From Dehalococcoidia bacterium (lineage in GTDB: Bacteria; Chloroflexota; Dehalococcoidia; Bin125): DNA of 64,000 nucleotides. Within the stretch, counting starts at the first letter, position 1. Every line of letters begins with the position of its first letter. A program made the translations under genes and the position numbers. The DNA lies in NCBI GenBank assembly GCA_963662615.2, contig CAXXSR010000001.1, forward strand, positions 416,001-480,000, given 5' to 3'. This document shows positions 9,945-21,774 of the stretch, one piece after another. The notes beneath the pieces were generated by a model. It was not told where the DNA came from and ran no database searches. It was given only the letters and a program-made list of their open reading frames with translations.

Positions 9945-9973
9945 ACTATAGAGAGCACGTGCCGGGCTGTAAA
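9945..9973 (-). promoter_or_regulatory. Sigma70-type promoter of greA-lysS
   Basis: Minus strand reads TTTACA-17 nt-TATAGT. Confidence 0.75.
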
Positions 9974-10318
9974 CGCTCTCGGCGCGGCCCTGGGCGGCCG
10001 CCGGCCACTGAGCTGAGTGCTAGACTGAGCGCCGATGGGGGCGGGGGGGTAGGGCGCCGGGACGGCGCCTGGAGCGGGCATGTTGATGGGGGCCGCCGAT
10101 TCCCTCTGCCGGGCGGGTGCCGCGCGTCCAACCGAGACGGCGCCTGGGTGGCGCCGCCGCCGCGCCGCGAGCGCGCTGAAGCGCGCCGCAGATGAGCGGC
10201 GACTCGATGCGCGCCACCTCCCACCGCGCCGGCGGGCACTGTGCTGGTGGGCACTGTGCTGGTGGGCAGAAGGGCGGGCGACGTTGCCGCCGTTCCGCCG
10301 GGGAGAGTCGGGGAGATC

Positions 10319-12085
10319 ATGAGCGCCGGCCCGTCGGAGGAGAGCGGACCGTTCCAGCGCCGCCCGCCGCGACGCGCGGGTGGCCGGGAGCGTTCCGCGG
10401 CCGGTCGGGAGCGGGCGTCCGGCGGGGAGGGCGGTGAGGCGGCCGGCGGCGGCCGGCCGCGGGGGCCCTGGGTGGTGGGGCTGGCGGTGGTCGCCTTGGC
10501 GGTGGCCATTGTGGTCCTGTTCGTCCCGCCCCTGGCGCTGCTGGACGACGATGGGGCCGACGACGCCGAAGCCGTCGACGCCGCCGCGACCGTCGGCCCG
10601 TCAGCGCCGGTGATTACCCGCACCGGTGTGGAAGCGGCGCTGCGAGCGCGCTTTCCGGACATCCCGGACAGCCTGCAGCCGGTGAGCCCGATCTACGACC
10701 TGCACGTGCCTGACTTTCTTCCCGGGCCGTACGTCCTGACCATCCGCTTGAACAGCGCCACTCAGGATCAGCGCAACCTGGGCGCCTACACCAACGAGGA
10801 CGGTAGCTGGCGACGCCTGAATCCCGCTCTTCTGTCGGATGACGGCAGCACCGCCCGGGTGGAGCTGGACGAGGCGCCGGACAACGTGGCCATCTTGCGG
10901 CGGCTGCAGTTCCGCGACATGGTGACCGGCCGCCTCCCCGCCGGCGAGGAGCTGGCGGCTGAGGCCGTGAACACGATCACGATCATCAACCCGGTGGGCT
11001 TCGTGCCGGCGGAGGACGGATCGCTGCTGGGGCGGGTGGAGCCGTTGCCCAGTGACGTGACGCAACCGATCTATCCCGTGATCGTGGCGAACGAGGCGGA
11101 CGCGGAGATCATCAATACCGTGATCGGATCGGAGACGCTGCGCCGCCAGCACATCAACAACATCCTTCTCTTGATGGACACCGGGCGCTTCGACGGGGTG
11201 GATATTGACTACCAGTTCATCAGCCTGGCGCTGCGGGAGGCGTTCACAGAGTTCATCACGGAGCTAGCCGACCAGCTGCACCGCGACGACCGCGGCATCA
11301 TCATCACGGTGCCGCTGCCGCGGCGCGACGCCTCCGGCCTGGATGAGGGCGCCTACCATCTGGCCGCCCTGGGTGCGGTGGTGGACCGGATCAAGCTGTC
11401 GCCACCGAGCGATCAGGCGATCTTTCGCGAGTCGCTGCTGGCGACGTTGCCGGCCGTCCTCAACCGGATCCCGGCTGAGAAGGTCCTGCTGCGGGTCTCT
11501 CCGCTGAGCGTGATTAAGAGCCGCGACGACGTCCTGTTAATCTCGCGGCGCGACGCGCTGGGGCTGGCGAGCCAGATCCGGCTGGCGGAGGCGGGACCGA
11601 TCGTGGCGGGGCAACGCGTCGGCCTGCAGGGGGACAGCATCTCCCAGGACGGTGGCGCCAGCGGGCTGTTCTGGGATGAGTTCGCCAACATGGTCTCCTT
11701 CGTCTACCCGGACCGCAACGGCGACCGGGTGACGGTCTGGATTGAGAATCGTTTCAGTTTGGCGTTCAAGTTGCAGTTGGTGCAGGAGTTCAAGCTGGGC
11801 GGGCTGGCTCTGGCGGATGTGTCCGCCAACCCGGCACACCCGGACCTGTGGCCGGTGATCAACAGCTTCCTGGAGTCCGGGTCGGTGCGGCTGGTGCGGC
11901 CCAACCCGGCGCTCCTGAATCCGGTCTGGGACGTGGGCGAAGACGGGGAGCTGAGCGGCTCCGGCAGCGCCGGTTGGGTGGTCTGGGCCACGCCCACCAT
12001 TCCGGGCACGTACGAGGCGCGCCTCGTCGTCAGCGACGGCGACGTTCGGGTCGGGCACGCGCTGGAGGTGACGGTGGAGCCCTAG
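10319..12085 (+). CDS. Membrane-anchored GH18 (chitinase-fold) protein with catalytic Glu replaced by Gln
   Basis: N-terminal TM helix; FDGVDIDYQ; VWIENRFSLAFKLQLVQEFKLGGLAL is a typical GH18 C-terminal strand; Ig-like tail. Confidence 0.8.
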   Translation: MSAGPSEESGPFQRRPPRRAGGRERSAAGRERASGGEGGEAAGGGRPRGPWVVGLAVVALAVAIVVLFVPPLALLDDDGADDAEAVDAAATVGPSAPVITRTGVEAALRARFPDIPDSLQPVSPIYDLHVPDFLPGPYVLTIRLNSATQDQRNLGAYTNEDGSWRRLNPALLSDDGSTARVELDEAPDNVAILRRLQFRDMVTGRLPAGEELAAEAVNTITIINPVGFVPAEDGSLLGRVEPLPSDVTQPIYPVIVANEADAEIINTVIGSETLRRQHINNILLLMDTGRFDGVDIDYQFISLALREAFTEFITELADQLHRDDRGIIITVPLPRRDASGLDEGAYHLAALGAVVDRIKLSPPSDQAIFRESLLATLPAVLNRIPAEKVLLRVSPLSVIKSRDDVLLISRRDALGLASQIRLAEAGPIVAGQRVGLQGDSISQDGGASGLFWDEFANMVSFVYPDRNGDRVTVWIENRFSLAFKLQLVQEFKLGGLALADVSANPAHPDLWPVINSFLESGSVRLVRPNPALLNPVWDVGEDGELSGSGSAGWVVWATPTIPGTYEARLVVSDGDVRVGHALEVTVEP

Positions 12086-12087
12086 CC

Positions 12088-12651
12088 GTGGCGCGGCCGA
12101 TCATCCGTATCAGCGGCGGCGCCTACGCCGGCCGCCAGGTGAGGGGCGGGCCGGCGGGGACACGCTCGGCGACGGCGCGGCTGCGCACGTCGATCTTCGA
12201 CCGGCCCGACGTGCGGGCGCTGGCGGACGGGCGCGTGCTGGACCTCTATGCGGGCGCCGGCTTGCTGGGACTGGAGGCGCTCAGCCACGGCGCCGCCTGG
12301 GTTGATTTCGTGGAGCGGAGCCGTCCCGCCTGCGACGTGATCCGCTCCAACCTCGCCGGCTTGGGCGCAGGGGAGCGCGCGCGGGTGCATTGCGGGACGG
12401 TGGAGCGCGCGCGTGCGCGCCTGACGCCTCCCTACGACCTCTGCTTCGCCGACCCGCCCTACCTGGTGGACGCGCTGCCAACGCTGCGGGCGCTGCTGTC
12501 GGGTGGGCTCCTGGCCGGCGATGGGCTGCTGCTCTGGCGTCATCTCCGGCGCCAGCCGGGGCCCGAGTGTCTGGGCCCCCTGGCCCGGTGCGACGTGCGT
12601 CGGTATGGTGACGGCGTTTTGGAGAGCTATCGGGCCGGAGGCGCGCCATGA
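12088..12651 (+). CDS. rsmD: 16S rRNA m2G966 methyltransferase
   Basis: IRISGG, VLDLYAGAGLLGLEALSHGA, FADPPY, RRYGD; lies upstream of coaD. Confidence 0.92.
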   Translation: MARPIIRISGGAYAGRQVRGGPAGTRSATARLRTSIFDRPDVRALADGRVLDLYAGAGLLGLEALSHGAAWVDFVERSRPACDVIRSNLAGLGAGERARVHCGTVERARARLTPPYDLCFADPPYLVDALPTLRALLSGGLLAGDGLLLWRHLRRQPGPECLGPLARCDVRRYGDGVLESYRAGGAP

Positions 12652-13130
12652 TCACCGCGATCTATCCCGGCGGCTTCGACCCCGTGACGAACGGCCATTT
12701 GGACATCGTCCGCCGTGCGGCCTTGCTCTTCGACGAGGTCGTCGTCGCTGTGTCGAAGCGGGAGACGTCGCTGTTCACCCTGCAGGAGCGGGTTGAGATG
12801 ATGAAAGAGGCCGTGCAGGAGACTGCGAATGCCCGGGTGGACAGCTACGAGGGGCTGACGGTCACCTACGCCCGCAGCATTGGCGCCAGGGCGCTGGTGC
12901 GGGGGATGCGCGCCGTCACGGGCTTTGAGACCGAGTTCGACATGGCGCTGATGAACAAGAAGATGGCGCCGGAGATTGAGGCGGTCTTTCTGATGGCGAG
13001 TCTGGAGCACCTTTTCATCTCCGCCAGCCGCATCCGCGAGATCGCGGAGCTGGGCCACCCCACACGTGACCTTGTGCCGCCACACGTTGCCCGGGCCCTG
13101 GAGGCGAAGTTCGGGCCGCCGCGGAGGTGA
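12648..13130 (+). CDS. coaD: Phosphopantetheine adenylyltransferase
   Basis: AIYPGGFDPVTNGHLDI, LVRGMRA, FISASRIREIA. Confidence 0.97.
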   Translation: MITAIYPGGFDPVTNGHLDIVRRAALLFDEVVVAVSKRETSLFTLQERVEMMKEAVQETANARVDSYEGLTVTYARSIGARALVRGMRAVTGFETEFDMALMNKKMAPEIEAVFLMASLEHLFISASRIREIAELGHPTRDLVPPHVARALEAKFGPPRR

Positions 13131-13167
13131 GTACAATGGCCGGGGGGCGGCGTGGGGAGGGTGCGCC

Positions 13168-13749
13168 ATAGACCTGCAAGCGCTGCTGGACGAATTAGAA
13201 GAGGCGGTTCTGCAAGGACAGCGCGCTCGCTTGGGGCGTGGTTGGCTGGTGGAGCGCGACCGTCTGCTTGATCTCATTGACCGGATCCGCGCGGTTGTGC
13301 CCGGCGAGATCGGCGACGCCCGCGCCATCCTGCGCGATCGCAACGACCTCCTGGCGCAGGCGAACGACGAAGCAGAGCTAGTGCTCACCAAAGCGCGCCA
13401 CGAAGCGGAGCTGCGGGTGGACGCACACGATCTCACGCTGGACGCGCAGCGCCGCGCGGCGGAGATCATTGAGCAGGCGCGCGAGCAAACGCGGACGGTC
13501 ATGGAAGAGTCGCGAATGGAGGCGACGGCGATCCGCGGCGATGCGACGAGCCAGGCCGTGGAGCAAGCGCGCGAGGCCGACCGCTATTCTCTGGACGTCC
13601 TGCGACGGCTGGAGGCACAGCTGACGGCGCTGACGACGAGCGTGCGGGCCGGCGTGACCCAGTTGGATCAGAAGATGGAGCAGGAGGAAGCGCAGCTCGC
13701 GGTGGACCGCCGGGACAGGCCGATGCGGGAGCGGCGCAGCGAATCGTAG
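13168..13749 (+). CDS. Coiled-coil DivIVA-like protein commonly found after coaD; probable ATA start
   Basis: DLQALLDELEEAV...LVERDRLLDLIDRIRAVVPGEI; GGAGG lies 7 nt before ATA. Confidence 0.8.
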   Translation: MDLQALLDELEEAVLQGQRARLGRGWLVERDRLLDLIDRIRAVVPGEIGDARAILRDRNDLLAQANDEAELVLTKARHEAELRVDAHDLTLDAQRRAAEIIEQAREQTRTVMEESRMEATAIRGDATSQAVEQAREADRYSLDVLRRLEAQLTALTTSVRAGVTQLDQKMEQEEAQLAVDRRDRPMRERRSES

Positions 13750-13849
13750 GCCCCGCCCTCGCAGGTGCTGCCGTCGATCGCACGGCGGCGGGCCAGGATG
13801 GCAGTGCGCAGCCACTGTCTCCGCTCCAAGAACGGGCCGGCCCCCGCGT

Positions 13850-13920
13850 TCGCTCCTACGCCATGCTCCTTCCCACGAGGGGAAGGACAGGTCAGGACAG
13901 GCAAGCGCAGGGCGAGCGGG
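13850..13920. repeat. Composite palindromic repeat with a second copy at ~16152-16227
   Basis: ctccttcccNNgaggggaaggacaggtcaggacaggca is shared by both sites. Confidence 0.8.
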
Positions 13921-13945
13921 TGCGTTGCCGGTCCCAGGTGCGTTG

Positions 13946-14932
13946 ATGCGCATTCGTGCCGGCTGCGCCGTCCTGCTACTCCTTGCAGTTGGGTTGGTGA
14001 TCGCTGCCTGCGGCGGCGGGGACGAGCCCGCCTCCGAGCAGCCGCCGGCCGAGGCCGGGGCGGCGCCGCTCCCTGAGGAGACGCCCGCCGACGCGGTAGC
14101 GGGCGGCGACTCCGCCCCGCCATCCGCGATTGCGGCCGATGCCGCTCCCGCCGGCCGTCTGGGCCTCAGTGACTATCTGATCATCACGTTGGCCATCGAC
14201 GCGGAGTGGAACCGGGGGCTGGCCGATCTCCGGTCGCAGTTGGGAGGCGTAGCGCTTCAGCGCGAGTTGGCGCAGCGATTGCGCGAGCGCCTACAGTCGC
14301 TCTCGGGAATGCTGCCGCCCCAACCGGCGCAGGACTATCACCGCTCATTGCAGGAGGTGTCCAGCCGGCTGCGGGCGGGCCTGGAGGGCGAAGAGCCCGT
14401 GGATCTGCCGGAACTCCTGTCGGATTTTGAAGTGGTGAACGCGCAGGGGTTCCGCCTGGCCAGGGCGGTGTTGGCAGAGGAGGGCGACGATCCGCTCAAT
14501 CGCTACCTGCTGGCGGCCGTGGAGGTGCGGCTGGAGAGCGCGCGGGCGCTGCGGGCGTTCGGCCAGGAGGCGCAAGAAGCGTTTCTGTCGTTGCAGACGG
14601 CGGAAGACTTAGCGGCGATTTTCGTCCTCATTGAGCGGTTCATTGCGGACTTTGAGGCGGAAGTGGAGCGCTGGCGGCAGCTCTCGCCGCCCGTGGAAGC
14701 GCGCGCGCTGCATCAGCGCCAGCTGGACGTGCTGGCCGACACGATCGCCGTGGAACGCCAGATCCTGGCCGCGCTGGAAGGGCTGGTGAACGCAGAGCAG
14801 CGAGGCGATCTTCAGCAGGAGGACTTGGCCCCGTTGTTGGCGACCTTCGGCTCGGCGGAGGAGGTGTCGATTGCCGGCACCTATCTCCTGGCCGACTGGA
14901 ACGAGCTGCTGATCGCGGCGCTAGAGCCGTGA
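13946..14932 (+). CDS. Alpha-helical lipoprotein of unknown function
   Basis: Lipobox LVIAAC-GGG, acidic Pro/Ala linker, two helical repeats (LSGMLPPQPAQDYH / LSPPVEARALH). Confidence 0.8.
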   Translation: MRIRAGCAVLLLLAVGLVIAACGGGDEPASEQPPAEAGAAPLPEETPADAVAGGDSAPPSAIAADAAPAGRLGLSDYLIITLAIDAEWNRGLADLRSQLGGVALQRELAQRLRERLQSLSGMLPPQPAQDYHRSLQEVSSRLRAGLEGEEPVDLPELLSDFEVVNAQGFRLARAVLAEEGDDPLNRYLLAAVEVRLESARALRAFGQEAQEAFLSLQTAEDLAAIFVLIERFIADFEAEVERWRQLSPPVEARALHQRQLDVLADTIAVERQILAALEGLVNAEQRGDLQQEDLAPLLATFGSAEEVSIAGTYLLADWNELLIAALEP

Positions 14933-14984
14933 GGGGGGGGCGCGCGTCGACGGGCAGCGGCAAGGGGCCGTTGGATTTGCCGCG

Positions 14985-15221
14985 TCATTGACCTGGAGAC
15001 AGCGCCGATCTCTTCCTTGAGCGGGTCGCTTTCACGGCACCAACCTTCGCAGCGAGTTGCATCCGGTTGTCGCAATCCCACTTGATCAGGACGCCTCTGA
15101 GGTAATTTTTCACGGTCGTCTTGGAGACAAGGAGCGCCCGCGCGATCTCCGCATTGGTGCGGCCCTGCGCCACCAATTCAGCGATGGCCGCCTCGCGAGC
15201 GGTCAAGTTGCGCCGGTCCAT
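14985..15221 (-). CDS. Stand-alone LuxR/GerE-type HTH regulator, copy 1
   Basis: LTAREAAIAELVAQGRTNAEIARALLVSKTTVKNYL. Confidence 0.88.
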   Translation of the reverse strand: MDRRNLTAREAAIAELVAQGRTNAEIARALLVSKTTVKNYLRGVLIKWDCDNRMQLAAKVGAVKATRSRKRSALSPGQ

Positions 15222-15451
15222 GGCTCCCCTTCCATGGAATCCCTACACCCATTGACGTCGTGCGCCGGCGCGGTGGGCAGGCGACGTGCCGACAAGTCGC
15301 CCAGCGCGCGCCTAGTCTAGCTCCAAATAATTAATGATCAAACGACTTTCCGGTCGCAGATCACGGTTGGCGTGATCATGTCAAAAACGGAAGATTCCCT
15401 AATATTCAAAACAGTACGGTTCTGGGAGTCTCATCTGAAGAGGGCCATCAG

Positions 15452-15985
15452 ATGAGGCGTGACCACGTTGACATTGTGCTTGGCGAGGCCGGCCGTGGGC
15501 GACCGGATCGTGACGTCTCGCCCGTGGCAGTGACGGCCCGGATCTTGCGCGCCGCTCGCTTCCTTGAGTCAGGATTTGATGCGGGGCTGGCGAGGTCCGG
15601 CCTCAGCTATTCGGAGTTCGACGTGCTCGCGACGCTGAGGCGGGTGGGGAGCGACGAGGGGCTCGCGCCTTCCGCCATCGCGCATTCACTGATGCTTTCG
15701 CGGGCGACCATCACCGGACGGCTGGACCGGCTGGAAGCTGCCGGCTACGTGCGGCGCCGGCCCGACCGCTCGGACCGGCGCGGCCTCTTGGTGGGGCTGA
15801 CGGCCAAAGGCCGGAAGGTCATTGACGAGGCGTTGCCCCCATACCGTGCGAATCTCGATCGGCTGATCGCACCGCTGAGCGATAGGGAGCGTACGCGGTT
15901 GGCGGGGCTGCTGCGCAAGCTGCTGCTGGCGTTCGAAGCGGAGGCTGCGGGCGGCGCCGGACCGCGCCGGTCGGCACCTCCGTAG
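15452..15985 (+). CDS. MarR family transcriptional regulator (PecS/TamR-like)
   Basis: GLSYSEFDVLATLRR...ITGRLDRLEAAGYVRRRPDRSDRRG. Confidence 0.93.
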   Translation: MRRDHVDIVLGEAGRGRPDRDVSPVAVTARILRAARFLESGFDAGLARSGLSYSEFDVLATLRRVGSDEGLAPSAIAHSLMLSRATITGRLDRLEAAGYVRRRPDRSDRRGLLVGLTAKGRKVIDEALPPYRANLDRLIAPLSDRERTRLAGLLRKLLLAFEAEAAGGAGPRRSAPP

Positions 15986-16003
15986 CCGGCGTTTTTTCTC
16001 CCC

Positions 16004-16133
16004 TCGCGTCGATGAACCATCACGGCGCGGACTGTCTACCCCGCGCCGATTTTTTTGGCCATCGCGTCGACGAACCGTCACGGTACGGACTGGCTCCCCC
16101 GCGCCGAACCTTTTTGGCGATCGCGGCGGCGAA
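16004..16133 (+). repeat. ~59-bp tandem repeat x2.2, each full unit ending in a terminator-like hairpin plus T-run
   Basis: Units start at 16004, 16062 and 16121; unit 1 contains cggcgcgg...ccgcgccg followed by atttttttt. Confidence 0.75.
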
Positions 16134-16243
16134 TTGTGTAGGGCGGCTGGCGCTCGCCCCTTCGGCGCGCTCCTTCCCGGGAGGGGAAGGACAGGTCAGG
16201 ACAGGCATGCTGAGGGCCAACGGCGGGCAATCACGCTGTCGGA

Positions 16244-16480
16244 TCACCCAGCCGTGGACGGCGATGATCGCTCGCTTGAGCGCCCCACTTGCCAGGCGCC
16301 CACCTTCGCGGCCAGTTGCGTCCGGTTGGCGCAATCCCACTTGATCATGATGTCTCTGAGGTGATTTTTCACCATCGTCGAGGAGACAAGGAGGGCCTCC
16401 GCGATCTCCGCATTACTGCGACCCTCCGCCACCAATTCAGCGATGGTGACCTCGCGATCGGTCAGCTGGCTCCGATCCAT
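16244..16480 (-). CDS. Stand-alone LuxR/GerE-type HTH regulator, copy 2
   Basis: LTDREVTIAELVAEGRSNAEIAEALLVSSTMVKNHL; clear paralogue of 14985..15221. Confidence 0.88.
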   Translation of the reverse strand: MDRSQLTDREVTIAELVAEGRSNAEIAEALLVSSTMVKNHLRDIMIKWDCANRTQLAAKVGAWQVGRSSERSSPSTAG

Positions 16481-16729
16481 GGCACGTTCCTTCACCGAAT
16501 TCCCCCGCCCAATGACGTTGTGCGTGTGCGCGGTGGGGCGGGCGACAAGCCGGCAAGTCGCCGACCGCGCGCTAATTTGTCGCCAAATAATTTAGAATCG
16601 AACTACTCTCCTGTGGCACATCATCGGTCGGCGTGGTCATGTCAACATCGGGGGATTCCCTGATCTTCCAGAGGGCCCGGATGGGGCGGGCCTCTCGCTT
16701 CCTGGAGCGGGCCGCGGCGGCCCGGCGCG

Positions 16730-16918
16730 CGGCTTTTTCGACGCGCGCTCGCGGGTCGTCCGGGTTCGCGCGGCGTTGGTGGCGGCTCGCGCCGGCAGTT
16801 GATGAGCGGGGCGTGGTCGTCTCGTTCGCCCTTCGACAGGCTCAGGGCGAACGGCTCTTTTGACGCGCGCTCGCGGGTCATCCGGGTTCGCGCGGCGTTG
16901 GTGGCGGCTCGCGCCGAG
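16730..16918. repeat. REP/BIME-like mosaic of two palindromic repeat families
   Basis: ttttgacgcgcgctcgcgggtcRtccggg...gcggctcgcgccg x2 flanking cgttcgcccttcgacaggctcagggcgaacgg. Confidence 0.88.
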
Positions 16919-16940
16919 ACGGCGTCGTCGGGCGGACGGG

Positions 16941-19493
<2,553 letters not shown>

Positions 19494-19682
19494 CGTTGCT
19501 CCATCTTGGCCCACGCAGCGGGCGGTGGCCTTGGTTATCAGCATCCCGCCGCGGCGGCGCGAAGGTCAATGATCGCGGTTGCCTCGCCGACCGGTTGCGG
19601 GCGCGCGTGCACTCGTGCGGCAGTGCCCACTACGGTGTAGGCAGCGCCGACGTTGGAGCGGCCGGTAGAGGAGGTATAGGGG

Positions 19683-20212
19683 ATGGCGGAGAGCGAGGAT
19701 CCGGGGCCGCTGGTCGGCGTGCTGATGGGCTCGCAGTCGGACTGGGAGACGATGCGGGCGACGGCGGAGACGCTGGAGGAGTTGGGCGTCGCCTGCGAGA
19801 CGCGCGTCCTCTCGGCCCATCGCACGCCGGACGAGACGCTGGCCTACGCGGCGGGGGCGGCGGATCGGGGCTGGAGGTGCTGATCGCCGGGGCGGGCGGG
19901 GCGGCAGCGCTGCCGGGGGTGGTGGCGGCCAAGACGCTGCTGCCGGTGATCGGCGTGCCCATGACCGGGTGGGCGCTGCAGGGCCTGGACGCGCTGCTTT
20001 CCATGGTGCAGATGCCGGGCGGTGTGCCTGTGGCAACCGTGTCGATCGGGCGGGCGGGCGCCGTCAATGCGGCCCTGCTGGCGGCGCGGATCCTGGCCAT
20101 CAGCCACCCTGAGATCGGGGAGCGGCTGGACGCGTACCGGCGGCAGCGGGCGGAGTCGGCGCTGAAGGCGCCGGACCCGCGCGCGGGGGAGGGGCCGGGG
20201 CGCCGGTCCTGA
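19683..20212 (+). pseudogene. purE: N5-CAIR mutase PurE with a one-base deletion in a G run (sequencing error or pseudogene)
   Basis: [11 protein letters not shown]...SAHRTP in one frame and [20 protein letters not shown]...[15 protein letters not shown] in another; junction at GGGG 19867-19870. Confidence 0.92.
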
Positions 20213-20237
20213 TCCTGCGCCCCACTAGAAGCGCAAG

Positions 20238-20852
20238 CGTTCGCCCCTTCGACTTTTTCGCCCGCGCTCGCGACTGGTCTGGGCCAGCGCGGTATTCGTG
20301 GCCGCTCACGCCGGCGGTTGATGAGCGATTTTTTTGACGCGCGCTCGCAGCTCATCCGGGCTCGCGCGGCGTTGCTGGCGGATCGCGCCGGCGGTTGATG
20401 AGCGGGGCGGTGTCGGGAGCGTTCGCCCTTCGACAGGCTCAGGACGAACGGACGCGGACGGCCGCGCGCGACGGGCTCAGGCGAGAGCGGTATGAGCACC
20501 TCCCCCCCGGCCCTCTCTCCATCGGTCAGCGATGGCGAGGGGGAGAAGAGCAGCTCATCCGGGCTCGCGCGGCGTTGCTGGCTCGCGCCGGCGGTTGATG
20601 AGCGGGGCGGTGTCGGGAGCGTTCGCCCTTCGAGGCTCAGGACGAACGGACGCGGACGGCCGCGCGCGACGGGCTCAGGCGAGAGCGGTATGAGCACCTC
20701 CCCCCCGGCCCCCTCTCCATCGGTCAGCGATGGCGAGGGGGAGAAGAGCACTGTTCGCCGTTCGCCCTTCGACTTTTTCGCCCGCGCTCGCGACTGGTCT
20801 GGGCCAGCGCGGTATTCGTGGCCGCTCGCGCCGGCGGTTGATGAGCGGGGCG
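20238..20852. repeat. Nested repeat mosaic: ~90-bp unit at both ends enclosing a ~200-bp tandem duplication
   Basis: 20238-20327 matches 20759-20848; ~20350-20552 matches ~20550-20749; includes cttcgacaggctcagg and ccctctctccatcg...cgatggcgaggggg hairpins. Confidence 0.9.
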
Positions 20853-20938
20853 GTGGTGGTCTCGGTCGCCCCTTCGTCCTTCCCGCGGGGAATGATCAGG
20901 ACAGGCTCTTCGGCGGGCTAAGGCGAGAGCGCCGGCGG

Positions 20939-21679
20939 TTAGCTGCCGCAGCGGTAGTGGAGGTAGACCTCGTCGGTGGCGGGGTTGGGCGTGGCCGCGA
21001 CAAGCGTGAGGCGGAGCGGGTCGGCCAGGGTGGAGAGGCGAGGGCCCTCGACCGGCGTCAGCCCGGCCTCGCCGCCGACGATGACGGGCCCCACGGTGAG
21101 GAAGAGTTCGTCCACGGCGCGGCGGCGGAACAGTTCGCCGTTCAGCGAGGGGCCTCCTTCCACCAACAGAAGCTGCGCGCCCAGTTCTTGGCGCATGTGG
21201 CGCAGCATGGCCGCCACTTCTTCGCCGGCGGGGACCGTTTGCACGGTGCGGCCCGTCGCGGCGATGGCCTGGCGGCGCTCGACCGGTGCGGTGTCGCTCA
21301 GGTAGACGATGGCGTCGAAGTCGGGGGCGCGGAAGAAGGCACGGTCCAGGGGCAGGTCGCCGGAGCGGCTCAGCACCGCCCCGAGTGGCGCCTTGGCCTT
21401 CCCGCGCGTGAGGCGAAGGGCCTCGAGGTCGTCGGCCTGGAGGCGGGGGGAGGCGCCGCTGGCGCGCAGCGTGCCGGCGCCGTTGAGGACGACGTCGGCG
21501 TGGAGGCGGAGTTCGCGCATGAGGCGCTGGTCGGTGGGTGAGCCCAAGCCCCGCTCGGTTCCCTCCAGCGCGACCTTGCCGTCGGCGGAGACGACCATGT
21601 TGATCAGGACATAGGGCCGGTCGGCGGGGGGCGGTGGGAAGGTGAGGCCGGCGTAGTCCGGTTTGCTCTGCGGGCCCAC
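20939..21679 (-). CDS. RibD C-terminal/DHFR-like pyrimidine reductase family protein
   Basis: RPYVLINMVVSADGKV, ADVVLNGAGTLR, LLVEGGPSLNG, VDELFLTVGP. Confidence 0.9.
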   Translation of the reverse strand: MGPQSKPDYAGLTFPPPPADRPYVLINMVVSADGKVALEGTERGLGSPTDQRLMRELRLHADVVLNGAGTLRASGASPRLQADDLEALRLTRGKAKAPLGAVLSRSGDLPLDRAFFRAPDFDAIVYLSDTAPVERRQAIAATGRTVQTVPAGEEVAAMLRHMRQELGAQLLLVEGGPSLNGELFRRRAVDELFLTVGPVIVGGEAGLTPVEGPRLSTLADPLRLTLVAATPNPATDEVYLHYRCGS

Positions 21680-21774
21680 GACGCACTCTCCAGTGGCGGC
21701 GCGGCAGGGGCGCCGTGGGCAGGGTAGCGGTGGAGCCGACGGCATGTTGGGGAGTTGGCGATTAGCTGGACGTC

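Noticed and set aside
19494-19680. T-box leader upstream of leuS (also checked for serS and lysS)
   Set aside because: The space is short and shared with the divergent purE, and no T-box consensus with antiterminator could be recognised.
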